The notes beneath the pieces were generated by a model that made no database searches, was not told the DNA's origin, and saw only the letters and a program-made list of their open reading frames with translations. DNA of 64,000 bases from Eledone cirrhosa (Eukaryota), in NCBI GenBank assembly GCA_964016885.1, contig OZ024745.1, positions 102,300,001 through 102,364,000 on the forward strand. The letters are read 5' to 3'. The translations under genes and the position numbers were made by a program. Below, piece after piece: positions 26,343 through 42,170 of the stretch (the first letter of the stretch is position 1; the number at the start of each line of letters is the position of its first letter).

Positions 26343-28189
26343 CTTTTCCTATTATCAAGCATTAAACTAATATATATTATTGTACTTTATTGTTCTCCTG
26401 TGTTGTTTTTCCTCATTGATTTTTCACATACACTCACATTCAAACATATGTATATATAAATAATTTTCTCAGAAAATTGCAATTCTGCATAAATATATTA
26501 TTTGAAATAGAACCCACCAGATTATGGCAGGGAGGACTCTGTCAATATGTATATATATATACAAAAGGAAAACCAAGGTTGTTTGATATTCAAATTCCAT
26601 CTTTAATTCCTGAAATTGTTTTTAGGGAGATAAATGTACCACCAGTATACAGAATCAATCAATTAATCAGTCCAGCAATTGATAATCAATAATTTAAATG
26701 GCACTCAAGCATTTCATCAAGAAAAATAGATAGCAACATCGAGTTACTTAAAACAACTAGGAAAAAATAAAGGCAAGCTTTCAAAAGCAACTCCAAAATA
26801 AAGATTTAAATTCCTTAAAAAAATATTATGCCTTTAAAATACTCACTAATAGAAAGTTTATAATGAAAATTGAATAATATTCTACATATTTGCATGAAAA
26901 TGGTTTATTTGGCAACCTCTTGTTTTTTGTATGGATAGAGGGAATAATGAAAAGTGTTTACACTTCATTTTTTCACAAAGATGCTTGTAATTCAAAAACT
27001 GTTATATCCACATTAAGTTTATTTTAAATCTTCTAATATATGATGAGTTCTAACAAATATTTATTAATTTTATATTTATAATTAGATGAAATGCAGTTTG
27101 GCTTTGTACAACAGATGCCCTCTTCTTATTGAGACTACTACAAGGGAAGATCCTAGTTAAATGTAAGCTGCTATACCTAGCTTCTGTTGATACTTTTGAC
27201 AAAATACCACAATCTATCATCTGATGATACCTAAGAAAAATAGGTGTCATTCATGAGAAAGGTGCAACCACATAAAGAGGTGTTGATAATAAAGTGATAG
27301 TAGGTAATATAGAACCATAATAATTGCTGAAAGGAAGACACCTTGGAAATTATTTCATATGTATCAGTGATGTCTCCATCAAAACTACTTCAACTAGATA
27401 AGTAGGTACTGGGTTGTTATAAAGCACACTTTCAAAAATCTAACATAGATCATTTCATCATCACCACTATTGTAATATGGCACCTGATTCTCAGAATTTA
27501 TGTGTACACATGTGACAAGATATGTGTAAATTGAAAGAAATAAAGTTGTGGTTTTGTACATATGCATTTAGATTAGCAAAGCAATGAAGAGGTTTGTTTG
27601 TCATTAACTACACGTGTTTATCAATATATATTCAATTTATATTAACATATGTGTTAAATATTGATACATGTTGATGTATGTGAGTTAGAAAGTTTATCTT
27701 TAAGTTTGAATGTGAATGTGTATATATGTTAAGAATGTTAACATAATTTTTGGAAGCTGAGTACTGCTTTTACACTTTCATAATTGTTTTGGTTTAAAGA
27801 CAAAATGTCCCAAAGTGTAATATTGCATATTAAATAATGTAGTTTTGTTTTCTATAATCAATGCTTTTATATACGAAATTACTTTATTATTATCTTCTGG
27901 CTATGAGTGTGACAGCTTCTAATTTCCCATCTTCTATATATATATATATATAAAGATTTACATATATATATATAAAGTCACAAATATATATGTGGCAACC
28001 GTTCACGATGAAGCTCAATGAAGAATTAATAAATTAAATAATCAGAGCAATATATCATAAATTATGTCCTTAGAATTATTAGATAAAATATATACATAAA
28101 ATATATATATTTTATCTAATGAATTTATAATATATATATATATATATATATTGAAGATGTACTTTATACTTCAATTGCTTAGTGAACTA

Positions 28190-30075
28190 TTAAGACAGTC
28201 TCCCCCACATCGACCCAATAGAGGGACCAGCAGTGTTAGTCGAGGGTAGTATAATAAGTAAGGCAATCAAAGATATGAAGACGGGTAAGGCGGCTGGGCC
28301 TTCGGAAATAGGTGCTGAGATGCTGAAGGCATCTGGTACGGTGGGACACACCATGGTCACCCGGATAGTTAACCAAGTCGTACAGAATGGGGTTGTTCCG
28401 AAGGACTGGCGTAGCAGCATCATCGTTAACTGTTATAAGGGTAAAGGAGATGCCCTAGATAGGAGTAACTATAGAGGCATTAAATTAATCGACCAGGTCA
28501 TGAAGGTCACGGAAAAAGTAATAGCGCAACTAATCAGAGAGAGAATTGATCTAGATGAAATGCAGTTCGGGTTTGTGTCAGGCAAAAGTACCACAGACAC
28601 TCTTTTCATTGTACGACAACTACAGGAGAAGTACCTAGCTAAAAGTAAACCCCTATACTTAGCTTTTGTCGACTTGGAGAAAGCCTTCGACAGAGTCCCC
28701 CGTTCCATTATCTGGTGGGCTCTTAGAAAACTAGGTGTTGACGAATGGCTTGTGAGAGCTATACAAGCCATGTATAAAGAAACAGTCAGCAAGGTTAGAA
28801 TTAACAACGAATATAGTGAAGAGTTTAGCGTAAAAGTTGGCGTCCATCAGGGCTCTGTTCTCAGCCCCCTATTATTTATTATTGCCCTTCAGGCTATAAC
28901 AGAGGAGTTCAAGACCGGTTGCCCATGGGAACTCCTATACGCAGATGACCTAACACTCATAGCTGAATCAATGGCCGAGCTAGAGAAGAAAATCCAAACA
29001 TGGAAGCACAGCCTAGAATCAAAAGGCCTTAAAATTAACCTGGCTAAGACTAAAGTTCTAGTTTGTAAGAAAGAAAATAAGGCGGCGGTCCCTTCCAGGA
29101 AGTGGCCATACTCAGTGTGTAGGAAAGGCATAGGTAGAAACTCCATTTTGTGTCCCAAATGCAAACATAGATTTTACATGTGGCCGGTGCTCTGGTGCAA
29201 TAAGTAGCAGCAAGTGCCCACAGAATACTAGCTCTTTCAACTGCGCAGAGGGTTCTATAGAAATAGTGGACAGCTTCCGTTACCTGGGTGACAAAATCAG
29301 CAGTGGGGGAGGGTGCTCTGAAAGTACAGTAGCTAGAGTCAGAACTGGATGGAAAAAGTTCAGAGAGCTTATACCACTATTAGCCGCTAAAGGGTTCTCC
29401 CTAAAAATGAAAGGCAGGTTGTATGATGCCTGCATACGAACAGCAATGTTGCATGGCAGTGAGACCTGGGCATTGTGTGCAGAGAATATACGCAGACTAG
29501 AGAGAAACGAAGCTTGCATGCTCCGCTGGATGTGTAATAGTAATATATGTGAACGGCAAAGCATAAACGAATTAAGGAAAAAATTAGAAATAAGAGGGAT
29601 CAGATGTTGTTTACTCGAGAGAAGGCTACGTTGGTATGGTCACGTGATGCGCATGAAAGACGATAGCTGTATAACAAAGTGCAGGGCAATAAAGATAGAC
29701 GGTAGCCACGGAATAGGCAGACCCAGAAAAACCTGGGACGAGCTGATAAATTCCGACCTCACACACTTACACCTCACCAAGACAATGTCACTGGACCGAA
29801 ACCTTTGGCGGTACTCAGTAATAGAGAAGACCCACCTTACCTAAATACAAAGTAAAACCTACTACAGTCAGTAGGTACCTCTAACAAAATACACCCCCGT
29901 CCCACTACCCCCACCCAATCCACACCGCCCCTTTCAATGTAAAGTTATGTTGGTCCCACAACATCCAGGCCGAAACAAATGAGATCGTGTAGGTGTCACG
30001 ACAAAAAAATACACAGTTCACGCTGTAAATGTGGCCGTGTAGGCAACACGGTAAAAACCTCTCAAAATCCACAGA
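28190..30075 (+). mobile_element. RTE-clade LINE, 5'-truncated, RT domain, frameshifted
   Basis: ORF 28233-29207 has NYRGIKL, QFGF, FVDLEKAFD, GVHQGSVLSPLLF, LYADD; continues in 29266-29844 after a deletion relative to 38386-39165. Confidence 0.95.
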
Positions 30076-31759
30076 GAAATACTTCACTAAATGTTTTATA
30101 AACCCACAAAATATGACAGTAATAGCAAACTAGATGTGCCAATTTGCATATTATTTGTGCTTATGCTGGTAGTTTATATCTTAAAAAGTGCATTAAATAG
30201 TGGCAGTACATGACTGCCACCACCACAGACTAAGGGATCTGCTTCTTGCTTACATATGTTTCTGCACTCTAGGAGTACATAGGATGTAGTTTATCATGCC
30301 ACGAGAACTAGGGAAGATGTTATGTCTCTGAAACAGCTGAATAGTCCTAAATATGTATCTGTACTGAAACAATATAGGATTTAACAGAAGCTTCTAACAG
30401 TAAATAGAGAGAAAGAAAAAAGAACATATAGTTTTAATGTTATTCCTAAAGGTATAAACAAATTCCTATAAAGACGAGGAAGCCTCTAGCTATAGATGCA
30501 GGAATTACTGACAATGTTTGACTACCAGTTGAAGAAAATTATTGGTGTGTAAGGTTAAATCAAAAATGCCTCAATCCACCTTGCATCAAATAAGCACTGT
30601 GCTACACAGGTTATTCAGACCTGTAAGCAGTTGAAAGTAAAAATGTTGATAACTCCTGGCACTGAGTTCAATAGCTTTTGTTGAAAGATAATTCTGAAAT
30701 GTAATATTTCCTAAAAGAATTGACATATTCTAGATCAGTCAGAATGTGCACTTTTAACCGTGCATGTCAACATTTTAATTTTCTTAATAGTCCTGTTATT
30801 GGAGTGTCATTGACATGGATAAATATTTTATTTTTAGTTAAATCCTTACAGATAAGACACCTAATGTTCTAATATAAAACAAGCAGTTTTAATAAAGCAA
30901 ACTTGAAATTTCAAAATGTATTTTAAAAACTAGGATAATAATATGAAATAAAAAAGTTACATTAACTTGAAGGACTTTTTTAAAATTCCACCACTATCTG
31001 ATGGCATGTCACTGTTAATCCACATATCATTGATTAGCAGCCATTGCTCTAGTTAGACATGTCTCCTCTGATCAATGAGTTATAGGACTAACCAAAATAA
31101 ACCATTAAAAAGAAACAAATATGAAATTGTCAAAAGCATGACAGTGTGGTGAAAACATTTACTTCAGAACCACATAATTTGGGGGTTCAGTCTCACTGCA
31201 TGGCACCTTGGGCAAGTGTTTCTACTTTAGTCTAAGGTCAACCAATGCCTTTTAATTGAACCTGGTAGTTAAATACTGTATGGAAGCTCATTGTGTTTGT
31301 GTGTGTGTATATATATATCCACACTTGCACACATGTGCATGTCAGTCTCTGCAAATATCATATCCATACTGTTTATAAAAAGAGAAAGACAATTTGGCTG
31401 TTATCTCTAGTCCTCATAGATAAAACTGCTGCTGAATAATATATGTCTACACTTAGGTAAATTTTATTGAAAAAAAATTAAGCCAGTTTCACACCTACAG
31501 AAAGGTTCATGATCTTCTATATTGTTGTTTAAACCTGCTAGCAATAGCAGCTAAATTTCGCTTTAGACAAGCCTAATTGCCTTAAAGACAGAAAAATATA
31601 TATTTGATATAAAAAAATACGAGATAGTCATGACTGGAATGTCTTTGATCATAGAGCTGCCCAATAATGGAAGACTTGGAGCTAAATAACAACAACTACA
31701 CTACAAACATTCATTAATTGTACATTGTTGTTGGTGCTACAGTGACATGGCAAAGTTGT

Positions 31760-32476
31760 TTTGCATGGAAGAGAAGTAGTTATTCAGGAAGCAAGCGATT
31801 TCAAGATGTTATTACATTGAATATTCCAAATTGGTATAGCAATCCATTTGAAGTCCAAGCAGTCTGTTGCGAAGACGACGTTCAGGAGGAGCTAATTGAA
31901 TTGCAAAATGATAATGAGGCCACAATGCGATATCGGCTTCATGGCAAAGAAGGCTTGTGGTATCAACAAAGTATATTGAATTCTTACCCCAACCTATGGA
32001 AGCAATTGAAATTAATTTTGCTTGCCTTCCCAACATCGTACTTGGTCGAATATGGTTTCAGTCACGTTGGTACTTTACTTTCTAAAAGCCGAAGTGGACT
32101 GGATGTAGCCAAACGAGGAGACTTGCGATTAAAATTGACAAGTTTGCAACCAAATGTGTCTGCACTAGCTGCGTCACATCAGCCTCAAGGATCACACTGA
32201 AAACTAAACATGATGAGTTTGTTGAACATTTAGTACATGTATCCTTTTTCAATTTTGTTTCATTGAGAAACATTTAGCAATCAAAAACTTCATTCTTCTG
32301 AATAACGTTTCAACTCCATTTTGCAATATTTCATCTCAATAAATATTTCATTTTTTAAGCAACCATTCTGAATAATGCTTTATTTTTGCGTCCTTAAAAT
32401 TACTGCACAGGTGGGCGATGGGAATTTGTGTGCGTGGAAAAGTGGGCGACAACGACAAAAAGGTTGGGAACCTCTG
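31760..32476 (+). mobile_element. hAT (SCAND3/ZBED/Buster-like) transposon 3' fragment
   Basis: ORF 31718-32200 QEELIELQND...YPNLW...LAFPTSYLVEYGFS...DLRLKLTSLQPN...HQPQGSH (hAT dimerisation domain); right TIR ggttgggaacctctg at 32462-32476. Confidence 0.88.
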
Positions 32477-33119
32477 CTATAAAGCATTCTATCCAATGTT
32501 CTAACAACTCTGTCAATTTGCTGCCTACAGATTAGGAATAAATACTGCAGAACATTTGGTTCACTATGTAATGATGCAGATAATTCCCTGCCTTGCAAGT
32601 ATATAATGTAATAAACAGTTTCAAATTAATTTATAATATTAGTTTATCTTAAGCGCTAATACATATATAACATCATGAACCAAATTCAAAATGTTTCTAC
32701 TAATAATGCTTCTCGTAATTTTTTTTTCTACATTTATTTTACTTTCAGATCTTGTATTTCATGTTCTTGATGGCATTTCAGAAAAAAATAGTTTTATAGG
32801 TTCATAACAGAGCTTAAAAATATATCGTACTGACAGTATGAAATCTTAATTTATTCTCATTCGAATACAATGAAAAATTCAATCATTCATGCAACACACA
32901 CACATTAACACATATGAACACAAATATATTCACACGCATGCACACACACGCATATACACAAACACACGAAGAGTAATAATACAGAAAGTACTTCTCAAAA
33001 TATAAAAATGAACGAATATTTCTGAAATGCTTCTCATAAGATAAAATGAAACCCTAAAGGATAAAAAATATGACATCTCACATATTTAGGTTGGGAATTA
33101 AACACACACAACACACACA

Positions 33120-33996
33120 AATATATTATATATTATATATATATACATATATTATATATATATACATACATATATATATATACATATACATACATATATA
33201 TATATACATATATATACATACATATATACATATATATACATATATATACATACATATATACATATATATACATATATATATATATATATACATACATATA
33301 TTATATATATATACATACATATATTATATATATATACATACATATATTATATATATATACATACATATATTATATATATATATATACATACATATATTAT
33401 ATATATATATACATACATATATTATATATATATATACATACATATATTATATATATATATACATACATATATTATATATATATACACATACATATATTAT
33501 ATATATATACATACATATATTATATATATATACATACATATATTATATATATATACATACATATATTATATATATATACATACATATATTATATATATAT
33601 ACATACATATATTATATATATATACATACATATATTATATATATATACATACATATATTATATATATATACATACATATATTATATATATATACATACAT
33701 ATATTATATATACATACATATATTATATATATATACATATATACATATATTATATATATATACATATATTATATATATATACATATATTATATATATATA
33801 CATATATTATATATATATACATACATATATATATATACATACATATATATATATACATACATATATATATATACATACATATATATATATACATACATAT
33901 ATATATACATACATATATATATACATACATATATATATACATACATACATATATACATACATATATATATACATACATATATATATATACATATAT

Positions 33997-34054
<58 letters not shown>

Positions 34055-34452
34055 CATACATACATATATATATATATATACATATATTATATATATATAT
34101 ACATATATATCTATATATACATACATACATATATATATATATACATATATTATATATATATACATATATTAGGAACCAGTAAGACCCCGACGGCTGAGCT
34201 CAAGCCTTTTTGATGGCTAATTCTGGACTCAGTATATATATATAATACATATATTATATATATATACATATATATATATATACATACATATATATATATA
34301 TATACATACATATATATATATATACATACATACATATATACATACATACATACATATACATACATACATACATATATATACATACATACATACATATACA
34401 TACATACATACATATATATACATACATACATACATATATATACATACATACA

Positions 34453-34526
<74 letters not shown>

Positions 34527-34725
34527 CATACATACACACACATACATACACATACATACATATATATATATACACATACATACATATATATATATACATA
34601 CATATATATATATATATACATACATATATATATATATATACATACATATATACATATATATACATACATATATACATACAAATATACACATACATATATA
34701 TACATACATATATACATACATATAT
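33120..34725. repeat. Compound TA-rich micro/minisatellite (incl. ~24-bp catacatatattatatatatata units)
   Basis: Directly visible; interrupted at 34170-34231. Confidence 0.97.
34170..34231 (-). mobile_element. Isolated arm of family A element in microsatellite
   Basis: Reverse complement agtccagaattagccatcaaaaaggcttgagctcagccgtcggggtcttactggttccta matches 21682-21741 and 35750-35809. Confidence 0.8.
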
Positions 34726-35044
34726 GATGGCTGCCCCCTCGTTATCGAGTATGGCCATTGCACAAGAAGAAAAAAAAAATATAAAATAAAATAAAATAAA
34801 AAATAAAATAAAATAAAATAAAATAAAAAAAATAAAATAAAATAAAATAAAATAATAATAATAATAATAAATTAAAAAAAAATATATATATATATATACA
34901 CACATATATACATACACACACACATACACATACACACATTAATAACAATAATAATAATAATAATAGCAATAATAATAATAACGACAACAACAATGATAAT
35001 ATACATATTCATATATATATACACACACACGCACGCACATAAGC

Positions 35045-35084
<40 letters not shown>

Positions 35085-35455
35085 TAGCAACTAACAGTGC
35101 TGCGATCGAATGTGGCTTTTTAGCCCAGCCAATGATCTAAAATGTCTTGCACAGAGTCGGCAACCAAAACATTCACTGGGAATAGTCGGCTGTGGTTGGA
35201 GTTTATGTACTTTTGCATGTCGCTTGAGCCCTCCTGCTGATTTACATTCTCTACCACATGTTTGGCAAGCATGATGAGTAGCATCTCCAACAGCAGCCAG
35301 GTAGTCAACCACTGGTCTTACTTTATGACTGCGAAGATGACTTTCGAGTCCAGCTCTGCTTAGGCAGAGTCTCGCACAGACGCTGCATGTCAGCTCCATA
35401 AGAGGACCCTCGCCGTCTGGAAGTGCAAATGTCATCTCATCATGAGATGACATTT
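34726..35455 (-). mobile_element. RTE-like LINE 3' end with three C2H2 zinc fingers
   Basis: ORF 35091-35453 [36 protein letters not shown]; 3' terminal stem-loop at 34726-34761 shared with the 19171 element. Confidence 0.65.
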
Positions 35456-35699
35456 GCGTTTTCGTCAGATAAAATAGGGATACATGATATGAAGGTTAAA
35501 AAACACTTGTGAATAGTGAAGTTTTAAATCAACATCTGTTGATTTAAAGCTGCACTATTTACAAGGGAAGGGGTAGCTGAACCTACTGGCAGGTTCAGCT
35601 ACCCCTTCCTTCCACAAATTGCCATCATAGAATTATTATGTCTCAACAACAAACTTTTTACCAATCCTTGTGACAATCACTTTTACCATATATGGAATT

Positions 35700-35793
35700 A
35701 CCCCTTGAGAAGCTCGGCTATTCAAATACCAGGATAAAAATGTTCATTTAGTCCAGAATTAGCCGTCGAAACGGCTTGAGCTCAGCCGTCGGG
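35700..35793 (+). ncRNA. Hammerhead ribozyme, U3:A8 variant, long stem II (family A)
   Basis: acccc TTGAGAA gctcggctattc-[32 nt]-gaattagccgtc GAAA cggct-tgagctc-agccg TC^ggg. Confidence 0.65.
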
Positions 35794-35807
35794 ATCTTAC
35801 TTGTCCC

Positions 35808-37885
<2,078 letters not shown>

Positions 37886-37988
37886 ACACCACATCTTTAG
37901 CTGAAGCAGTAAATAACTGTAAAAATAAAAAAAATAGATTTCAGGCTATTGGTTTGATGTAAGGAATGTAGAGAATAATAATAATAAT

Positions 37989-39280
37989 CATCATCATCAT
38001 CATCACCGTTTAACGTCCGTGTTCCACGCTTGCATGGGTTTGGACGGGGGTAGTCCCACTTGAGGCAAGAGTGATTGTCTTGCTCGCATAGGACTGTCTG
38101 GCAGGTTTTCTACAGTTGGATGCCCTTCCTAACACCAACCACATTTACAGTGTGGGTCTGGGAGGTTTTTACCGTGTTGCCTACACGGCCACATTACAGC
38201 GTGGACTGTGTGTTTTTTTGTCGTGACACCTACACGATCTCATTTGTTTCGGTCTGGATGGTGTGGCACCAACACAACTTTACATAGAACCGGGTGGCGG
38301 GGATGGGTTGGGGGTGGTGGGCCGGGGGGGGAGGGGGGTGTATTTTGTTAGATGCCTACTGGCTGTAGTAGGTTTTACTATGTATTTAGGTAAGGCGGGT
38401 CTTCTCTATTACTGAGTACCGCCAAAGGTCTCGGTCCAGTGACATTGTCTTGGAGAGGTGTAAGTGTGTGAGGTCGGAGTTTATCAGCTCGTCCCAGGTT
38501 TTTCTAGGTCTGCCTATTCCGTGGGTACCGTCTATCTTTATTGCCCTGCACTTTGTTATACAGCTATCGTCTTTCATGCGCATCACGTGTCCATACCAAC
38601 GTAGCCTTATCTCGAGTAAACAACATCTAATCCCTCTTATTTCTAATTTTTTCCTTAGTTCGTTTATGCTTTGCCGTTCACGTATATTACTGTTACACAT
38701 CCAGCAGAGCATGCAAGCTTCGTTCCTCTCTAGTCTGCGTATATCCTCTGCACACAATGCCCAGGTCTCACTGCCATGCAACATTGCTGTTCGTATGCAG
38801 GCATCGTACAACCTGCCTTTCATTTTTAGGGAGAACCCTTTAGCAGCTAATAGTGGTATAAGCTCTCTGAACTTTTTACAACCAGTTCTGACTCTAGCTA
38901 CTGTACTTTCAGAGCACCCTCCCCCACTGCTGATTTTATCACCCAGGTAACGGAAACTGTCCACTATTTCTATAGAACCCTCTGCGCAATTGAAAGGGCT
39001 AGTATTTTGTGGGCACTTGCTGCTACTTATTGCACCAGAGCACCGGCCACATGTAAAATCTATGTTCTTAGTTAGCTTACCTGTGATCCCACTACATCTT
39101 TTATGCACCCATACTTTGCATTTAGGACATAAAATGGAGTTTCTACCTACGCCTTTCCTACACACCGAGCACGACCATTTCCCAGAAGGGACCGCCGCCT
39201 TATTTTCTTTCTTACAAACTAGAACTTTAGTCTTAGCCAGGTTAATTTTAAGGCCTTTTGATTCTAGGCCGTGCTTCCAT
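37989..39280 (-). mobile_element. RTE-clade LINE 3' part with complete 3' end
   Basis: ORF 38386-39165 nearly identical to 29100-29844; PHD-like Cys cluster CRKGVGRNSILCPKCKVWVHKRC...CGRC; (GAT)n tail. Confidence 0.93.
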
Positions 39281-39880
39281 TAATAATAATAATAATGTCC
39301 GTTTACAATTGTTTCGCTACTCCAGATAATATTTCTGGATCAGATAGCTATATATCATAATTGATCTGGTTCAGTTGAAAATAATTAACATATTTAAAAG
39401 ACAGAGAGGATCATCGGAACTTCAAAGGAATATAAATTAAAATAATGAGAGAATGTTACATAATATAATGTTCCATATATTGATTTTTCCCTATGGTGTC
39501 TTGGTTGCATCAGTTGTCAGCCATAATCAAGCAGTATTCATCTGTCGAGGGTGCATTGTGTGAGATAGCTACCAACATATGTATACAGATGCATACCTAT
39601 GCTAGCAAATATATAGGTTTTGTCTTAGTAACTTTGTGGTTCTATGCAAGGGGATGCAGAACAATTATATGAAAGACGTAACGATATTTATTCCCTTACA
39701 GAAACTAATTAGTTGGAGTGAAATTTTAGTAAGTTGATTTTCATAATTTTCTTATTTTACGTCTTTCATATATATATATACATATATATATGTATGTATA
39801 TATATATATATGTATGTATGTATATATGTATGTATATATATATGTATGTATATATATATATATATATATGTATGTATATG

Positions 39881-39916
<36 letters not shown>

Positions 39917-39926
39917 TATATGTATG

Positions 39927-39963
<37 letters not shown>

Positions 39964-39982
39964 GTATGTATATATATATATG

Positions 39983-40014
<32 letters not shown>

Positions 40015-40073
40015 TATGTATATATAAACATATATATATATGTATATATAAACATATATATATATGTATATAT

Positions 40074-40793
40074 AAAGGAACTATTATGACATTATAACGA
40101 GTTTATTGCTGACATCCGTTTCGTCCGACCACATGGTGGGACTTTTCAAGGCATATAACATGTGATTGTAAGATCATTATTTACATCAACGTATCACTCA
40201 AGGCTAGCAGTTTGAAATTGTGGTATACATCAGCAGCTCCGCTTGTATAGTAGGGAAACTTTATATTTTTATTTTTTATTTTATTAGCCTCTTAATTTCT
40301 TCTAGTTTATTAGGTTTATTGGAGCCTGTAAGCTTTATGCACTTATTGAGGGATTATTTAAGGTGCTTCTACGGGATCCCAAGTCTTTTAGTTTACTGTT
40401 AATGCGTAAATTATATATTATCTAATTTTTAACCTTCAATCCCTGACCCCGACAACTAATATTAAAGAGCCCCCTTAGAATATAGACCCCAACTATACAA
40501 GCGGAGCTGCTAATGTACACTACAATTTGAAACTGCTAGCCTTGAGTGATTCGTTGATGTAAATAATGATCTTACAGTCACATATTGTATGCCTTGAAAA
40601 GTCCCACCATGGGGTCGGACGAAACGGCTGTCGGCAATAAACTCGTTATAATGTCATAATAGTTCCTTTGTTCTTTTTCACTAATATTTCTGCTCTGCGT
40701 ATACGCATAGAGCTTAACTAGCTACCGTCCCATATTTGGTAGGTCAGGCGTGATCATCGCGATTCACATACGACCTACCATACATCTTGCTTA
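40074..40793 (+). mobile_element. Penelope-like foldback element (family D): ~180-bp arms + ~124-nt tail, in (TA)n
   Basis: Arms 40074-40255 and 40488-40669; tail 40670-40793 with hairpin tggtaggtc...gacctacca. Confidence 0.8.
40590..40636 (+). ncRNA. Minimal hammerhead ribozyme, U3:A8 variant
   Basis: tgcc TTGAAAA gtcc-caccatggggtc-ggac GAAA cggctg TC^ggca; antisense copy at 40107-40153. Confidence 0.8.
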
Positions 40794-40863
40794 TATGTAT
40801 ATATATGTATGTATGTATATATGTATATACATATATATATATATATGTATATATATGTATATG

Positions 40864-40916
<53 letters not shown>

Positions 40917-40979
40917 ATATATGTATATATATATGTATGTATGTATATATATATGTATGTATGTATATATATATGTATG

Positions 40980-41011
<32 letters not shown>

Positions 41012-41169
41012 TATGTATGTATATATATATATATGTATGTATATATATATATGTATTTATATATATATATGTATGTATATATATATATGTATGTATATAT
41101 ATATGTATATGTATGTATATATATATGTATATGTATGTATATACATATGTATATGTATGTATATATATG

Positions 41170-41201
<32 letters not shown>

Positions 41202-41332
41202 TGTGTATGTATGTATATATATATGTGTATGTATGTATATATATATGTGTATGTATGTATATATATATGTGTATGTATGTATATATATATGTGTATGTAT
41301 GTATATATATATGTGTATGTATGTATATATAC

Positions 41333-41363
<31 letters not shown>

Positions 41364-41432
41364 TATATGTATATGTATGTATATATATATGTGTATGTAT
41401 GTATATATATATGTGTATGTATGTATATATAC

Positions 41433-41463
<31 letters not shown>

Positions 41464-41689
41464 TATGTATATGTATGTATGTATATATATATATGTATAT
41501 ATATGTATGTATGTATGTATATATATATAGTGTATGTATGTATATATATATATGTGTATGTATATATATATATATGTGTATGTATGTATATATATATGTG
41601 TATGTATGTATATATATATGTGTATGTATGTATATATATATGTATGTATATATATATATGTGTATGTATATATATATATATGTATGTAT

Positions 41690-41721
<32 letters not shown>

Positions 41722-41726
41722 GTATG

Positions 41727-41757
<31 letters not shown>

Positions 41758-41972
41758 GTATGTATGTATATATATATGTATGTATATATATATATGTATG
41801 TATGTATATATATATGTATGTATGTATATATATATGTGTATGTATGTATATATATATGTGTATGTATGTATATATATATGTGTATGTATGTATATATATA
41901 TATGTGTATGTATGTATATATATATATGTGTATGTATGTGTATATATATGTGTATGTATGTATATATATATG

Positions 41973-42039
<67 letters not shown>

Positions 42040-42170
42040 ATATGTATGTATGTATGTATATATATATGTATATATGTATATATGTATGTATGTATGTATA
42101 TATATATGTATATATATGTATGTATATATATATGTATGTATATATATATATATGTATGTATATATATATT
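40794..42170. repeat. (TA)n/(TATG)n microsatellite, ~1.4 kb
   Basis: Directly visible. Confidence 0.98.

Noticed and set aside
35091-35453. Host C2H2 zinc-finger gene exon
   Set aside because: Spacing and SLAGLKSH motif match RTE-type C-terminal fingers; followed by a retroposon 3' stem-loop; no TGEKP linkers
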